Positions 1 through 12,749 are shown, numbered from the whole stretch's first letter. The stretch is DNA of 63,440 nucleotides, filler included, from Squatina squatina (GCA_031763465.1; 3 parts of 2 records of this genome joined end to end with filler, not necessarily neighbours in it), one strand, 5' to 3'. Notes: a model not told the origin generated them from the letters alone. Numbers and translations are program-made.

Positions 1-1466
1 GGTGTTTAAAATCATGAGGGGCCTAGATAGAGTAGAGAGAGAGAGAGAGAAGCTGTTCCCAAACAGTTTGCAATGCCCTTTTCTTTGGGCCTTGAGGCCT
101 TCTTCAGCAGCAGACAGAAGGTCCGTGGAAGGCTGCCAAGCAAACAGCTGCAGGCATCTTAGGTGTACAGCTGCGCCTGTGTTCCTACATGAATACCCAG
201 AGCTGGGCCATACCTGGGGATGGGCCTGCACCGTGGATGTGACCTTTGCCACTCTAGTGGCTCAAAGCACCAAAGTTTGGGCTCACTGCAGCCTGGAAAA
301 GCTTCTGCTGCACTCGACCTGTGCCTGGGCAAGGGGAAGAACACTGGGGGGTGAAGCGTCAAAAGGGTTAGTATTCAAAAAGGAAGTACTATAAAAGTAT
401 GGCGGAAAGGCAGGAAATCGACTCTAGCATAAATAGCTCCAGGTGAAGAATTAGCACTGGCACAGGCTCAATGGACTAAGTGGACTCCTTTAGAGCTGTA
501 ATTTCTAAGACTATGAATACACAGGTGCCATTAATTATTTTTCAATAGTTCAGGTCTGTTTGCTTTTGTAGTACAGGTGACTTTTATTTTAATAGTAAAA
601 TTAAAGCACCCGTTTGACTGCATATTGGGGTGTCTGAATGTCCCATGGATAGGTGGGATGTTTAATTAACATACTAAACCGGACTTCCACAGCGCAATGG
701 AATCCCAATTTCAAATTTACTACTGCCACACAGTTTTCCCGGGGGTTGGGAAACTCAGCAGTGAAAGGGAGCTGGGAGCTGTTGGCTCCACAAGGTAAGT
801 GCCTCTTTCAGCACTCCTTGTGGATCAGGAGGAACAGGAGTGCTCCCCCCAGGCTGTGCATGGATGCCTTCGGCCTCCCCCTACCCTGATTGCTGACCTA
901 TCACCAGCCCCAAATGCTGACCTCCCCACTTCAGCCCCAATTGATGCCTTATCTCCAGCCCCAATTGCAAACCTCTTCACTCCAGCCCCAAATGCCAACC
1001 TCCCCCACCTGATCTTGCGCCTCTCCTCCCTTCCAATTGCCGGGGACCGTCCTCCTCACCCACTCATCGGCCAGGCTGTCCATTTGTCCAGCTGCCAGCT
1101 GGAAAACGGACCTCCAAAATGTTAATGGGGTCCTGCAAAGATCAGCAGGTCCTCCATGTTTCCAGCCTTGCCGGGTTCTTTGGGTGTCTTTAGGCTACCC
1201 CGTACCCTCTAGGCATCACCGTAGATGTCAGGGCCAATGTTTCCGCATAATGGCACCCTATGTGTTATATGTACAAATTAGTGAATATACCAGTGACATA
1301 ATCCAAACAGCTTCCCTGTATATTTACATTTTTCTGTAATAATGACACCCCATTTCAGCTAAATTCAATCATTCTTGTAATCTAAAAGAGTATATTGCTG
1401 GAAAAATGATATAATGATTGACAGTTCCAGTGCCAAAGCCTAACTAGCTTTCTTTATTTTAAACAG

Positions 1467-1631
1467 GTCATTGCTATTGTTATGGACATCTTCACTGATG
1501 TGGATATCTTCAGGGATGTGCTCGAGGCTGCAGCAAGAGGAGTTCCAGTCTACATAGTGCTCGATGACTCCAACTTCAATCACTTCACCAATATGTGTGA
1601 GAAACAAGGAGTTCACCTTCAGAGGCTCATG
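1467..1631 (+). CDS. FAM83B: FAM83B internal exon (DUF1669 / pseudo-PLD domain)
   Basis: Acceptor tttaaacag| and donor |gtaagg; 165 bp, phase 0/0. Translates [55 protein letters not shown], close to recalled human FAM83[41 protein letters not shown]. Confidence 0.93.
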
Positions 1632-2070
1632 GTAAGGGTTTCTTGCGTTAGAGGACCTTCGTCCTTACTCACCTGAAGTGATTATATCCTGGGTTAGAAA
1701 TCTGTTGGCGCCTGGTTTTGGTTGCAAAGGCGGTAATGCAGCTGCAAAGCGTGCCTGCTACAGGAGGCACATGGCTGGCCAGAAGTTGGGCCTCGGGCCT
1801 CAGCCGAATAATCTGGGTGAGCTGCTGGCACCTGTCGCCCGACTGGTGAAATGAATTTCGGGCCACATGTCCTGCCAGCAGCGNNNNNNNNNNNNNNNNN
1901 NNNNNNNNNNNNNNNNNNNNNNNNNNNNNNNNNNNNNNNNNNNNNNNNNNNNNNNNNNNNNNNNNNNNNNNNNNNNNNNNNNNCAGTAACTCATTTCAGA
2001 ATCATTTCGGAATCAATGTGCTAGATATTTATCTTTTTGCAACTAAATGGATGAATTATTGGTTTTTCAG

Positions 2071-4065
2071 CTTTATGTGGTCCTTTGAAAAGATAAACCT
2101 TAGCATGGTACAAGTGATCTCTGGACATTTAGTAGAATCCTATGACGAAGAATTCCGGACAATCTATGCTCGGTCAGATATCCCCAGCATGTTTTCAACT
2201 GAAAACTCCGGATTACTGGGAGAAAGAAAACAGTCATCCTTGTGGCAAAATGGTATTAACCAACATTCAGTATCTTCGTTTGCTTCATCCTCTAACCAGC
2301 GGCAGCCATTCAGTAGGAGGAATCCCACAAGGCATACACTTGACACACTGTATCAAAAATTTCACGGACGGCAAAACATGCATCTAAATGACAATATTGA
2401 TAATAAATTGAATCCACGGAATTTGCATATCAGATCTCACATTACAAATGGTTTAGATGCAACAAACAGAATGAGTCGTCTACAGACTTATGAGAAAAAT
2501 GATTACTGGAAGAGACATAGTTATGCTGGGGAGCAGCCAGAAACATCGCCATATCTTTTGCTGAATAAGGCAAAAAACCCCAGACCTTTATTTCAAAGAA
2601 GTGACCAGAATTTACAGGAAGAAACTGAAAGTGTTTCTTCTTCATCCAGAGGTGAATTTATGTCCAGAGACATTAGAAGTACCTTAGAGCACCTGAAACA
2701 TAGCCGAATAACACCAGGCTTTGAACGGAGCTCAAATATTCGGAGTACATATCATGGACCTAAAACTCTGCACCTGCCTTCCACCCACAAACTGCCAACC
2801 CTAGAACATATGAAAAAGACAGGCTTACGAAACTGGAGAATTGAAAGCTACCTAAATGATAATGTTGGACTTTCAACAAATTCTATCACTGACCAACTCG
2901 ACAACTCTACTCCGAACACAATGGACAGGTTTGATAACCCAGTAGGCTCCAGGATGCAAGGAAATTCAGAATTAATAAGCAGAACGGAAATTAAAACCAA
3001 CCCTAATTTGTCACATTCCCGGTTGCGTTCTTCATTGTTTTTCAAGACCACTATGACAGGACAGCATGAAGTCAGCAGCCATAACTCTGAATCAACAGCT
3101 TTGACTATTGGTACAACATCAGGATCAACAACTCCCCCAAACCATTCATTGAGCAGTATTGGACACTCACTGTTTAATGCAGATAAACAGCATTCCTCAG
3201 ATGATGAGAAGACTCCAACTCAAGAAGGTATCGAACAGTTATCTACCTATTCATCTTCTTTTCACAATGACACTGAGCTGAATCAAAGTCCTAACCTCCA
3301 ATATCAGCACAATTATAGTCAGAGATTCCAAACACATCTGACTGATCAAAAATCAACGCTCGATTACAATGCCAGACAGGAATCGGGACAGTACACGCTA
3401 CCTAAACCAAAATTTAATTCCTCTTCAGGCAGGACTTTGTCAATCCACTCTCTAACTGATACAAAGGGAAATGAATCTCCCAAGATGTGGCATTTGAGGA
3501 AAGACAACAAAGCACTTGAGCAACATTCAAATTTCATTAGAAGAAGCTCAGAGAAAATCAAATCTCTACTCAACATCTCACACGATAAAAGAGATCATGG
3601 GTCTAGAAGTGGAGGGTCAGCCTCATCCTATAAAAAGACGAGCAGTACTGATACTTTGACCTCTGAGGATGATCATCGGGAAAGGAGAAAATTAAGAAAG
3701 TACATATGGAATGACCAAAAGGACAAAACAGCAAGCATATCTTCAAATTCCACAAACACTCCAAAATTTGCTCGAGCCAATAAGCAAGGACAATTACATT
3801 CAGATGTTTATTTGCTTGAGAAGGATATCAAGAGGGGGGGAAATGCATCAGCTCCAAGGTTTGCCACAGAACAACAACTAGATATGGGCAACAGAGAAGA
3901 GAAACTGAGTTCCAGTCCCTCTGTAGCATCTTCCTCTTCTCTTGTGGAGAACCCCAAACACGAAGAGTCGAAAGACACAATCATTACCACAAAAACACAC
4001 TACCAACCTCACGAACGGAGAGTTTACAGTCGTTTTGAAAAAGTATGCACCACACAAAGCAAAAA
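2071..4065 (+). CDS. FAM83B: FAM83B large terminal coding exon, cut off by the gap at 4066
   Basis: Acceptor ggtttttcag|. Begins FMWSFEKINLSMVQVISGHLVESYDEEFRTIYARS (end of DUF1669), then about 2 kb open Ser-rich frame with KRHSYAGEQPE, GLRNWRIESYL, HSRLRSSL and RVYSRFE motifs recalled from FAM83B. The intervening exon was not found and may lie in gap 1884-1983. Confidence 0.92.
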
Positions 4066-5619
4066 NNNNNNNNNNNNNNNNNNNNNNNNNNNNNNNNNNN
4101 NNNNNNNNNNNNNNNNNNNNNNNNNNNNNNNNNNNNNNNNNNNNNNNNNNNNNNNNNNNNNNNNNTCACTTTAAAGTATATAGATTTATTTTTCAGAAAA
4201 TTATTTTTGGTTTTAAATAAGTAATTAAATTCTATTTTGATTACTTTTAAATGTGTAGTGTTTTTTTAAAAATCAATTTTTAGTGTTTGCAGTTTTTGGG
4301 GTACCCCATTCATATTAACGATGATTCTGAATGAACATAATCAGCATTAGTATGAAAGGGGATACACTTACCTGGATTGTCTGGGCCCGGCCATGTGACC
4401 CTATCCACACCTGCGATCCACATGCATGGATGGGATGCATGGGCCTCTATGCGTGGGGATCTGTCGAGACCCAGAAGAGGAAGCCTTCGAACCTACTGGG
4501 ACCTAAGGTCTTTCTGGTTTGACACCTCCGCACGCTGGAAGCCTCCGACTGGAATTTTCGGGCCATCATCCCGTGCTTGTTCCTCCGTTGCTTTGGAGCT
4601 TGCATACAGATGGTCCTTCGGATGCCACTCGCTACAGGATATTTTGCATCTGAGTAAATCCCTTCTGCATGACTGCAGTGATCCTAGAGCCTTATCTTGG
4701 TATGTTTCCTAATGCCACTGAATGCTTTTATATTTGCTCCAAGTATGTGGGAGCTCATTCACTCACTCGACTACCTCCATACCAGCAGCTTGGACCTGTG
4801 ATTTCACAACAAATAGCCACCACCTTTCATCATTGCACTAAGGAAGCAAGTCCTCCAGGAGTTTACTAAATGAGGAAGTCTTAGGCACAACCCTCATTGC
4901 GCAGATTTCGCGGTCTATCCTTTCACACCTCCCTTCAGTGATAGGCTGAAAAACACTAAACTCCACATTAATGGCAAGCCGCAAACCATTAAGAGCTGTT
5001 GGTTTGCCCAATTTTGTGCCTGCCAGCCAATCAAGATGCAGCATTCCTCCCCATTAAATGTGCAGGGAAAATATTGAAATGAAGGGGAGGCCAGCCCTTA
5101 CCTCCTCTAGGGCAGGTGCACCCAGTGCCACAGGTAAGTGCAGTTCCAATGTTGATGTTCCCACAAATTCAGGGTTAGTGTCCAAAATGTGGACTCACCG
5201 ATGGTTCACACAAGATTAGAATCACTGGTTTCGACTAAGATTCTATCTGGACTGGTTACCGCTCTCAAATCAAGGTCAAACTAAATCTGGAATTTCAGAT
5301 GGAAATCAGAAACTCACTTTTCTCTTTGTTTGAAATGAATAAGCTGTAATACCCAGCAACCAACAAGTGATCATTACAAGATTAAAGTTTTTCCTCAGTT
5401 ACATTCTCGTGAGAGGTCCAAAGAACATAATTTGACAGCTAGAGCAATTAAATGTGAACTTGAGAAATGAGATCATTTCCAAAAATTGTGTTCTCACCAT
5501 TAACTTGGATTTCAGAGTGAAGATAAATTGCCTGAGCCCTGGTAATAACATGGACAATGAAATAATAAAAAACCTTAATGAGTTTCAAGAAGGAAGCGGA
5601 GAGGTTCTCGTCATCAGAT

Positions 5620-5966
5620 GGGATTCAGGGTTATTAGAAATGAGAATACTGTGGCTAGGTGGGCTAGATGGGCCAAGAGGAATACTGTGGATAGGTGGGC
5701 TGAAGGGAAAACTGTAGATAGGTGGGCTAGATGGGTTGAAGGGAATATTGTGGATAGGTGGGTTAGATGGGCTGATGGGAATATTGTGGATAGGTGGGTG
5801 AGATAGGTTGAAGGGAATACTGTGGATAGGTGGGCTAGATGGGTTGAGAGGAATATTGTGGATAGGTGGGCTAGATAGGTTGAAGGGAATACTGTGGATA
5901 CGTGGGTTAGATGGGCTGAAGGGAATACTGTGGATAGGTGAGCTAGATGGGCGGAAAGGAATACTN
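5620..5966. repeat. 36-bp G-rich minisatellite (consensus GGTGGGCTAGATGGGCTGAAGGGAATACTGTGGATA)
   Basis: About 9 visible tandem units running into a gap; explains the repetitive ORFs in several frames. Confidence 0.9.
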
Positions 5967-6321
5967 NNNNNNNNNNNNNNNNNNNNNNNNNNNNNNNNNN
6001 NNNNNNNNNNNNNNNNNNNNNNNNNNNNNNNNNNNNNNNNNNNNNNNNNNNNNNNNNNNNNNNNNGTTTGTAGAAACACAGTACCCCACCCAGCACCCCA
6101 CCCTTTCACAGTCTCTTCCTCCAAACCTCCCAGTTTATAACTGGCACTTTTCTCCCTCTTCTTGCTTAATTCAACTTGACAGTCTTCTCTCTGTCCTTTC
6201 TTTTTGAATGACATACGCTTCTTCCATCTCCCTCCAGATTCAAGCTGGCACTCTTTTCAAGCACCCTTTATTCAAGCCAGCACTGCTCTTCCCTCCCTCC
6301 CCCATATAATAGTAGTGGACT

Positions 6322-6682
6322 TCAGGAGGACATAGACAGACTGGTGAAAATGGGAAAACACATGGCAGACAATGCAGAGAAGTGTAAGGTGAAGGAAGAA
6401 TGAGGAGAGGCAATACAATTAAATGGTACAATTTTAAAGGGGGTACAGCAACACAGACCTGGGGGTGTTTATAAACAAATCTTTGAATACGGCCGGACAA
6501 GTTGATAAGGCTGTTAACAGTAAATATACGGGGTCCTTGGCTTTATAAATAGAGGTATAAGGTATGAAAGGAAGGACTTTATGCTGATCCTTTATAAATC
6601 ACTAGTTAGGCCTCGGCTGGAGTATTGTGGCCAATTCTGGCACCACAATTTTGGAAGGATATCAAGACCTTGGAGTGGATGC
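6322..6682 (+). mobile_element. CR1-type LINE fragment (RT C-terminal region)
   Basis: Encodes LYKSLVRPRLEYCGQFW, the typical CR1 LY.xLVRPHLEYCVQFW motif; degenerate upstream. Confidence 0.8.
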
Positions 6683-6782
6683 NNNNNNNNNNNNNNNNNN
6701 NNNNNNNNNNNNNNNNNNNNNNNNNNNNNNNNNNNNNNNNNNNNNNNNNNNNNNNNNNNNNNNNNNNNNNNNNNNNNNNNNN

Positions 6783-6915
6783 ACTGCTGCCCTGTAGACC
6801 ATGAGCTTGGTGCCAGGTCTAAGGTCCTTGTCTTCAAACACTCTCTTCCTCAAGCGCCCAAAGACTGTGCTAGCATACTGGAGGCGATGCTGGATCTCAT
6901 CTTCTAAGTCTATTG
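6783..6915 (-). mobile_element. RTE/BovB-like LINE fragment
   Basis: Minus strand reads DEIQHRLQYASTVFGRLRKRVFEDKDLRPGTKLMVYRAA, characteristic of RTE-clade ORFs. Confidence 0.75.
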
Positions 6916-7061
6916 TCTCCCATGCTCCCCCCGTGACTGCTCTCACCCAGCTTCCCATCTAGGAATTAAAATTCAACCAATAGAAATGGCAAAGGAATGT
7001 GCAAGTAATGAAAAGACAGGGCTTTATCTTTGCTATTTCTAATTCTTTCCTTTTCTCCCAG

Positions 7062-7240
7062 TTTGTGTTGCAGTTTGGAAGAATCGCCACATGCGGACAG
7101 TCACAAACTATTTCATTGTTAATTTGTCATTTGCCGATATCCTTGTTACTATTATCTGTCTTCCTGCTAGTCTACTAGTTGATATAACCGAGACATGGAT
7201 TTTTGGGCAAGTTTTCTGCAAAATAATTCCATACCTACAG
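7062..7240 (+). CDS. HCRTR2: Orexin/hypocretin receptor 2, exon covering end of TM1 to TM3
   Basis: Acceptor ttttctcccag| and donor |gtaagt; 179 bp. (V)CVAVWKNRHMRTVTNYFIVNLSFADILVTIICLPASLLVDITETWIFGQVFCKIIPYLQ matches recalled OX2R, and the position between FAM83B and GFRAL fits. Not shown in the ORF track. Confidence 0.95.
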
Positions 7241-7966
7241 GTAAGTGCTTAATCATTTCTGAGATGTCAATGGCGATAAATGTAAGTTCCAAGCGAGTGT
7301 TCATAGCTGGTTTAAAACAAAACAAACCGATTTACATAATGCAAGCTTAAAAGTTAGAGAGCAAAAGTCAATTGTGAACATTGGAAATCTACAATGGAAG
7401 CAGAAATTACTGGAAATACATTTGTTACAGCTGAAATATCATCATTCTGTTTGATTAAAAAAATTAAATGTAACCTAAAAAGTAATTTAATTCGAGGATG
7501 GTTCAGTGGTCTGAGCACTTGACTCCCAAATAAGGGGAGGGAGTGGTGTCAAGAAGGTTTCCTCTGTCTGCTAAGTGTAACAAATAATAAATCCATTTAT
7601 AAAGAGTGCATTTCTAATTTGACTTCACGCTTGCTGTCTTACTGTGGTGAGGCACTGATTATCGTCCTTCCTGATTCACACGCAATCTCCCTTGACCACT
7701 CAGTTGATAATGTGCTGCACTTGTCCAGTGTGGATCTGGGACATGTACACCAGGAAGGTCCCATGTTCAATTCTGTTGAGTTACCTAATCTACATATTGG
7801 CCTAAGCATCTCTGGACTAGGAGGAGGGAAAGAATCAGCCAGGGTTCCTGTTCCTACCTGGTGACCNNNNNNNNNNNNNNNNNNNNNNNNNNNNNNNNNN
7901 NNNNNNNNNNNNNNNNNNNNNNNNNNNNNNNNNNNNNNNNNNNNNNNNNNNNNNNNNNNNNNNNNN

Positions 7967-8190
7967 TGTACTGACACTTAGCTGCATAGCACTGGACCGC
8001 TGGTATGCTATATGTCATCCACTTATGTTCAAATGTACAGCCAAGCGAGCACGAAACAGCATAATAATGATATGGATTGTATCCTGTGTACTAATGATTC
8101 CCCAGGCAATTGTAATGGAATGCAGCATCCTGGTGCCAGAATTAGCAAACAAAACGCTTTTATTCACCATCTGTGATGAGCACTGGGGAG
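7967..8190 (+). CDS. HCRTR2: Orexin receptor 2, exon covering TM3-TM4-ECL2; 5' end lies in a gap
   Basis: VLTLSCIALDRWYAICHPLMFKCTAKRARNSIIMIWIVSCVLMIPQAIVMECSILVPELANKTLLFTICDEHWG then |gtgagt donor; orexin-type DRWY motif. Confidence 0.95.
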
Positions 8191-8206
8191 GTGAGTGTGT
8201 CCCCAG

Positions 8207-8470
8207 CCTGAATTCCCTGGGTGCCCCTGAATTCCCAGAGTGTGCCTGAATTCTGGGTGTATGCCTGAATTCTGGGTGTATGCCTGAATTCCTTGTTTGC
8301 GCCTAAATTCCGGATGTGTGCCTGAATTCCAGGTGTGTATCTGAATTCCTAGTTTGCACCTGAATTCCTGGTGTTTGCCTGAATTCCCAGAGTGTATCTG
8401 AATTCCCAGTGAGTGTCTGAATTCCCTGTGTGTGCCTGAATTCCAAGAGTGTGACTGAATTCCCAGAGAG
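8207..8470. repeat. 17-20 bp minisatellite with CCTGAATTCC core, just after the HCRTR2 splice donor
   Basis: About 14 visible units such as cctgaattcccagagtgtg and cctgaattctgggtgtatg, running into a gap. Confidence 0.88.
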
Positions 8471-8936
8471 NNNNNNNNNNNNNNNNNNNNNNNNNNNNNN
8501 NNNNNNNNNNNNNNNNNNNNNNNNNNNNNNNNNNNNNNNNNNNNNNNNNNNNNNNNNNNNNNNNNNNNNNCATTTCAAAGAGATTAGCTTTAATGAGCTG
8601 CTTAATCTGTTTTATAGAGGAAGCTCATTTAAAAGCTTGTGGGGATGCATTCCAAGAGATAACTATTATACCCTAATGAAGACTTTGGAAATGTGTTTTT
8701 CATTAAGGCAGTTCAAGATTCAAAGTATCTAGTTTCCCATCTGATTTTTTTCTCTGCCATATCCTCCCCCAACCACCAACAGAGAGATGTCTGGTCTTTG
8801 CTTTGTACATCCTAACTGGGTGTAACTGAGCCAGGGATTAAATCTGCACCGCAGCACTCCACAGCACTGTGCTGGTACTCCGGTGCTGCGCTGTCTTGTA
8901 TCAGCACACTGCCGGCTATTGAGAGGTTATATTAAA

Positions 8937-9112
8937 GGCCCAGGAATTCGTCATGGCCGGTAGTGCCGCACCGGCGGTAGAGGATCAGCCACCCATTACA
9001 TGCAGTGCCTGATCTTGACTGCAATGGCACTGAATATCAGACGTTGCGTATAACGGGTGGCTGTTCCAATACCGCCAGTGTCACGCCACTGCCCGAGACA
9101 GATTTCTACTCC
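8937..9112. mobile_element. Palindromic MITE-like element
   Basis: Left arm ggtagtgccgcaccggcggtagaggatcagccacccattacatgcagtgcctgat is the imperfect reverse complement of right arm atcagacgttgcgtataacgggtggctgttccaataccgccagtgtcacgccactgcc. Confidence 0.7.
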
Positions 9113-9854
9113 AAAAACTGCAGATTTCTTCAAATTAGGGTAGTTTGCACACATTAATAGCCAGGAAGCCTATGGAAAGTCTATATTGAATAGAAAGTAA
9201 TATAGAAACAATGGATGCCTGAGAAGATATATTGTCAGTGTTCCTTCTGGGTGTCTGCAATTTACAGAACTCTGAATATGAGCAATAATACCGCGGAAAC
9301 TATCATTTTTACAAGGTTCAGGAGTGATACCATTTAATTGACAACCCTGCCCTTTTTAACTTTTTTCTTTTTCAAATTTTTATTCACTTCCCTTTTTAAA
9401 GAAACTATTGTATATTCTGCTTCCACCATTGCTTGCAGTAGTGGATTTCATACTAGAACAATCCTCTGTGCGAAAGAAAATTCAACTAATCTTTCTCTTC
9501 ATTCCTTTGGTAATGCCTGCCAGTAACCAGCTCACCCAATGGTGAAAATAGTTTTACCCCAATTGTCTGATTCGTAATTCAGATATGTCTTCTCAATCTT
9601 CCTTGTTCTAATGAAAACAGCCTCATTTCCACAGGTTGATTCTCATCACTCGTATNNNNNNNNNNNNNNNNNNNNNNNNNNNNNNNNNNNNNNNNNNNNN
9701 NNNNNNNNNNNNNNNNNNNNNNNNNNNNNNNNNNNNNNNNNNNNNNNNNNNNNNNTAAGATGCTCTGATTCTATGAAATTGTGCTGTATGATATTAGCTT
9801 ACAAAAGCTTAATAAAATCATATGAGTTGTTAGCCCATTTCAAACAAATGAATT

Positions 9855-11515
9855 TCCCACCAGGACGGCCTGAGGGCACTCTGCTTCTTCCTTGAACAGA
9901 GGCCCAACCTGTCTCCATCCACCACCACCCTCCTCCGCCTGGCTGAACCTGTTCTCACATTGAACAATTTCTCCTTTGACTCCACTCATTTCCTCCAAAT
10001 AAAAAGTGTTGCTCAGGGTGCTAGCTATGCCAGCCTTTTTGTGGGATATGTGGAAAATTATTTGTTCCAGTCCTACTCGGGCTCCCTCCCTCACCTCTTT
10101 TTCTGGTACATTGCTGACTCCATCAATGCTATTTCCTGCTCTTGCACTGAACTGAAAATTTTTGTTTGCTTTCAATTTCCATCCTTCCCGCACCTTCAGA
10201 TCTGACTCTTCCCTTCCCTTCCTCGACTTCTCTGTCTCCATTTCTGGGGATAGACTATCGTCAAAAGTCCACTAAAAGCCCACTGACTCCCACAGCTACC
10301 TGGATTACACTTCCTCCCACCCCGCTTCCTGTAAGGACTCTATTCCATACCCCCAGTTTCTCCACCTCCATCACATCTGTTCTGACAATGTCAGTGTTCC
10401 CGATATGTCTTCCGTTCACCACAGCCGAACATTTGCCTCTACCGTGGTTGATATGACCCTCGACCGTGTCCGTTCCATTTCCCGCACTTCTGCTCTCACC
10501 TTTTCCCCTCCTTCCCAGAACCATGATAGGGTTTCCTTGTCTTCACCTTTCACCTCACCAGCCTCCACATTCAATGGATAATCCTCCGCCATTTCTGTCA
10601 CCTCCAGTGCGATCCCACCACCAGACGCATCTTCTCTTCCCGTCCCTTTTTGGCATTCCGAAGGGACTGCTCCCTCTGCAACACCCTGGTCCATTCCTCA
10701 ATCACCCCAGCACCCCCTTCCCTTCCTACGGCATCCTCCCATGCAAGTGAAGGAGATGCAAGACCTGCATTTTTACCTCCTCCCTTCCCACCGTCCAGGG
10801 TCCCAAAAGCTCCTTCCAGGTGAAACAGTGATTTATTTGTACTTTTTGCAATTAAGTATACTGTATTCACTGATCAGGATAGTCTCCTCTACACTGGGGA
10901 GACCAAACACAGATTGGGTGACCGCTTTGCGGAACATCTCCATTCAGTCCGTAAGCGTGACCCCAAGCTTCTGGTCACCTGTCACTTTAATTCCCCGCTC
11001 CACTCCCACTCAGACCGCTCTGTCCTTAGCCTCTTACACTGTTCCAACAAAGCTCAACGTAAGCTTAAGGAACAGTATCTCATCTTTCGTTTAGGTACTT
11101 TACAGCCTTCTGGGCTCAACATGGAGTTCAACTATTTCAGACCACAACCTATACCCCTATTTATTCGGATGGCAGCTGTTGATGATTCTGCCATTCCCAT
11201 TTACACCTCGTCTAGACTCATCTTTTATTTCTTCACTTGTCCCATTACCATCTCCTTTTGCTTTATACTATCATCCCTGTTGTCATGTAATCACTTCTGC
11301 CTTTCACCCTATCACAGACCTTCCCTTTTGTTCTTTCCTTCCCTCTCCCGTCCCAGCCCTCGCCCCCGCCTTTCCCTGCCCCTGCGCTTGCTTAAAATCT
11401 GTGGCATATCTAACTCTTACCAGTTGTGATGAAGGGTCATCGATCTGAAACATTAACTCTGTTTCTTTCTCCACAGATGCTGCCTGAGTATTTCCAGCAT
11501 TTTCTGTTTTTATTA
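9855..11515 (+). mobile_element. Penelope-like (Poseidon-type) retroelement, degenerate: RT + GIY-YIG endonuclease + terminal repeat region
   Basis: RT segment LNNFSFDSTHFLQIK...SYASLFVGYVE...LFFWYIAD; GIY-YIG tail LGDRFAEHLHSVRK...CHFNS...EQYLIFRLGTLQPSGLN; frameshifted. Confidence 0.88.
11422..11458 (+). ncRNA. Degenerate minimal type-I hammerhead ribozyme at the Penelope 3' end
   Basis: AGTT-GTGATGA-AGGGTCATCGATCT-GAAA-CATT-AACT. Same layout as the copy at 36044, with C3 changed to G and the ACGT palindrome changed to ACAT. Confidence 0.6.
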
Positions 11516-12596
11516 AAGAAAATGAGCTGTTGGCCATAAAAAGTTCTAAAATTCTGTAAGATGCTGTGTTCTTTATCTACTCAGTACAGACCTCAGCCAC
11601 AGCATCACAGGTGCACGAGTCAAACCGCACAGTGAACGGGACCTGAACACAGAGAGTCACAGAGCAGGTGCACTCCCAAGCATAGAGCTAAATAGAGCAA
11701 CCAGATACAGAACATTATTGGGAAAGTCCTTGGGAACCTTTTCAGCTGGGAACCATCATGAAATGTAAAAGACTCAAAGGGGAACAAAATAACCAAATAT
11801 GGAGAGGAAGAGATGTGTTCAATCCATTAGCTGAAAACAACACCATAGTACATTGAGTACCTAGTATTCACTGCCTGAAAATGTGGTAGAGGCAGAAACC
11901 TTCATAGCATTTTAAAAGTGCTTGGATGTGCATTTGAAGGGCTGTAACCTACAAGGCTACGGACCAAGTGCTGGGAAATGGGATTAGGCTGGATGGCTTT
12001 TTGTTGGCTGGCACAGACACGATGGGCTGAATGGCCTCCTTCTGTGTTGTAAATTTCTATGATACAGTAATAGTCTCTGACTGTGGGAGGCACACAGTCA
12101 AAATCAAACAAACTTGCTAATCACAAATCTCACACCAGAGCAAATGTCTTGCATGGACCCAGCTGAAATGCTGTTCCAGTTGGCAGAAAACCTCAGATAT
12201 TGCAAAGATGGATTGCTGATCAAAAGAACTAGATTTTCAGTCCCTCTGAATTTGTTAGCATGAGATTTGACTGGAGCTAAATTAGCAGCAGGGTGGGTAA
12301 ATGTATCTCCTTTTATTTGGTTTGCTCTTGAATTGTAGATGGAGAAAAATAAGGAAACAATAAAATAAGAAAGTCATAGAACCTTTTCCAAAAATAAAGA
12401 TTTCATATGGAAAGACTCTTCTGAAGACAACTTCACAGAAACGGTAAAAATTGAAAACATGGGCCAGGTTGAATCATTTCCAATTGCAGTAATGTGAACC
12501 ATGGTTACTTGGATAATTCAGACTGTACTAAATCATCCACATTCTGGCAAATCTAACAAATACATTCAAATATAATATTCTTTTAATGTATTGCAG

Positions 12597-12749
12597 GTGA
12601 AGCTTGCACAGTAAAGAATCTCAGCAGTTGTAATATAACTATCCAATACTTAACTGACAGTTACCCGGCATTTAGAGAGTGCAGCTGTCCTGAAGATAAA
12701 TCATGCGACTTTCTCAGACAACTTGGAACACAGTGCACCAGCCAAGGAG
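12597..12749 (+). CDS. GFRAL: GFRAL (GDF15 receptor) exon, second half of domain D1
   Basis: Acceptor ttgcag| and donor |gtaatg; 153 bp, phase 1/1. (G)EACTVKNLSSCNITIQYLTDSYPAFRECSCPEDKSCDFLRQLGTQCTSQG aligns with recalled human GDPCKMRNSSYCNLSIQYLVESNFQFKECLCTDDFYCTVNKLLGKKCINKS. Not in the ORF track. Confidence 0.85.

Noticed and set aside
5585-6214. Repetitive ORFs (SSPPIHSIPF, LAHLSTVFP, GILWIGGLD) or a CRISPR-like array
   Set aside because: Head-to-tail 36-bp minisatellite with no unique spacers; the ORFs arise from unit length.
8207-8470. CRISPR-like repeats with a palindromic core
   Set aside because: Units are too short, the intervening sequences are near-identical, the context is a vertebrate intron and there are no cas genes.
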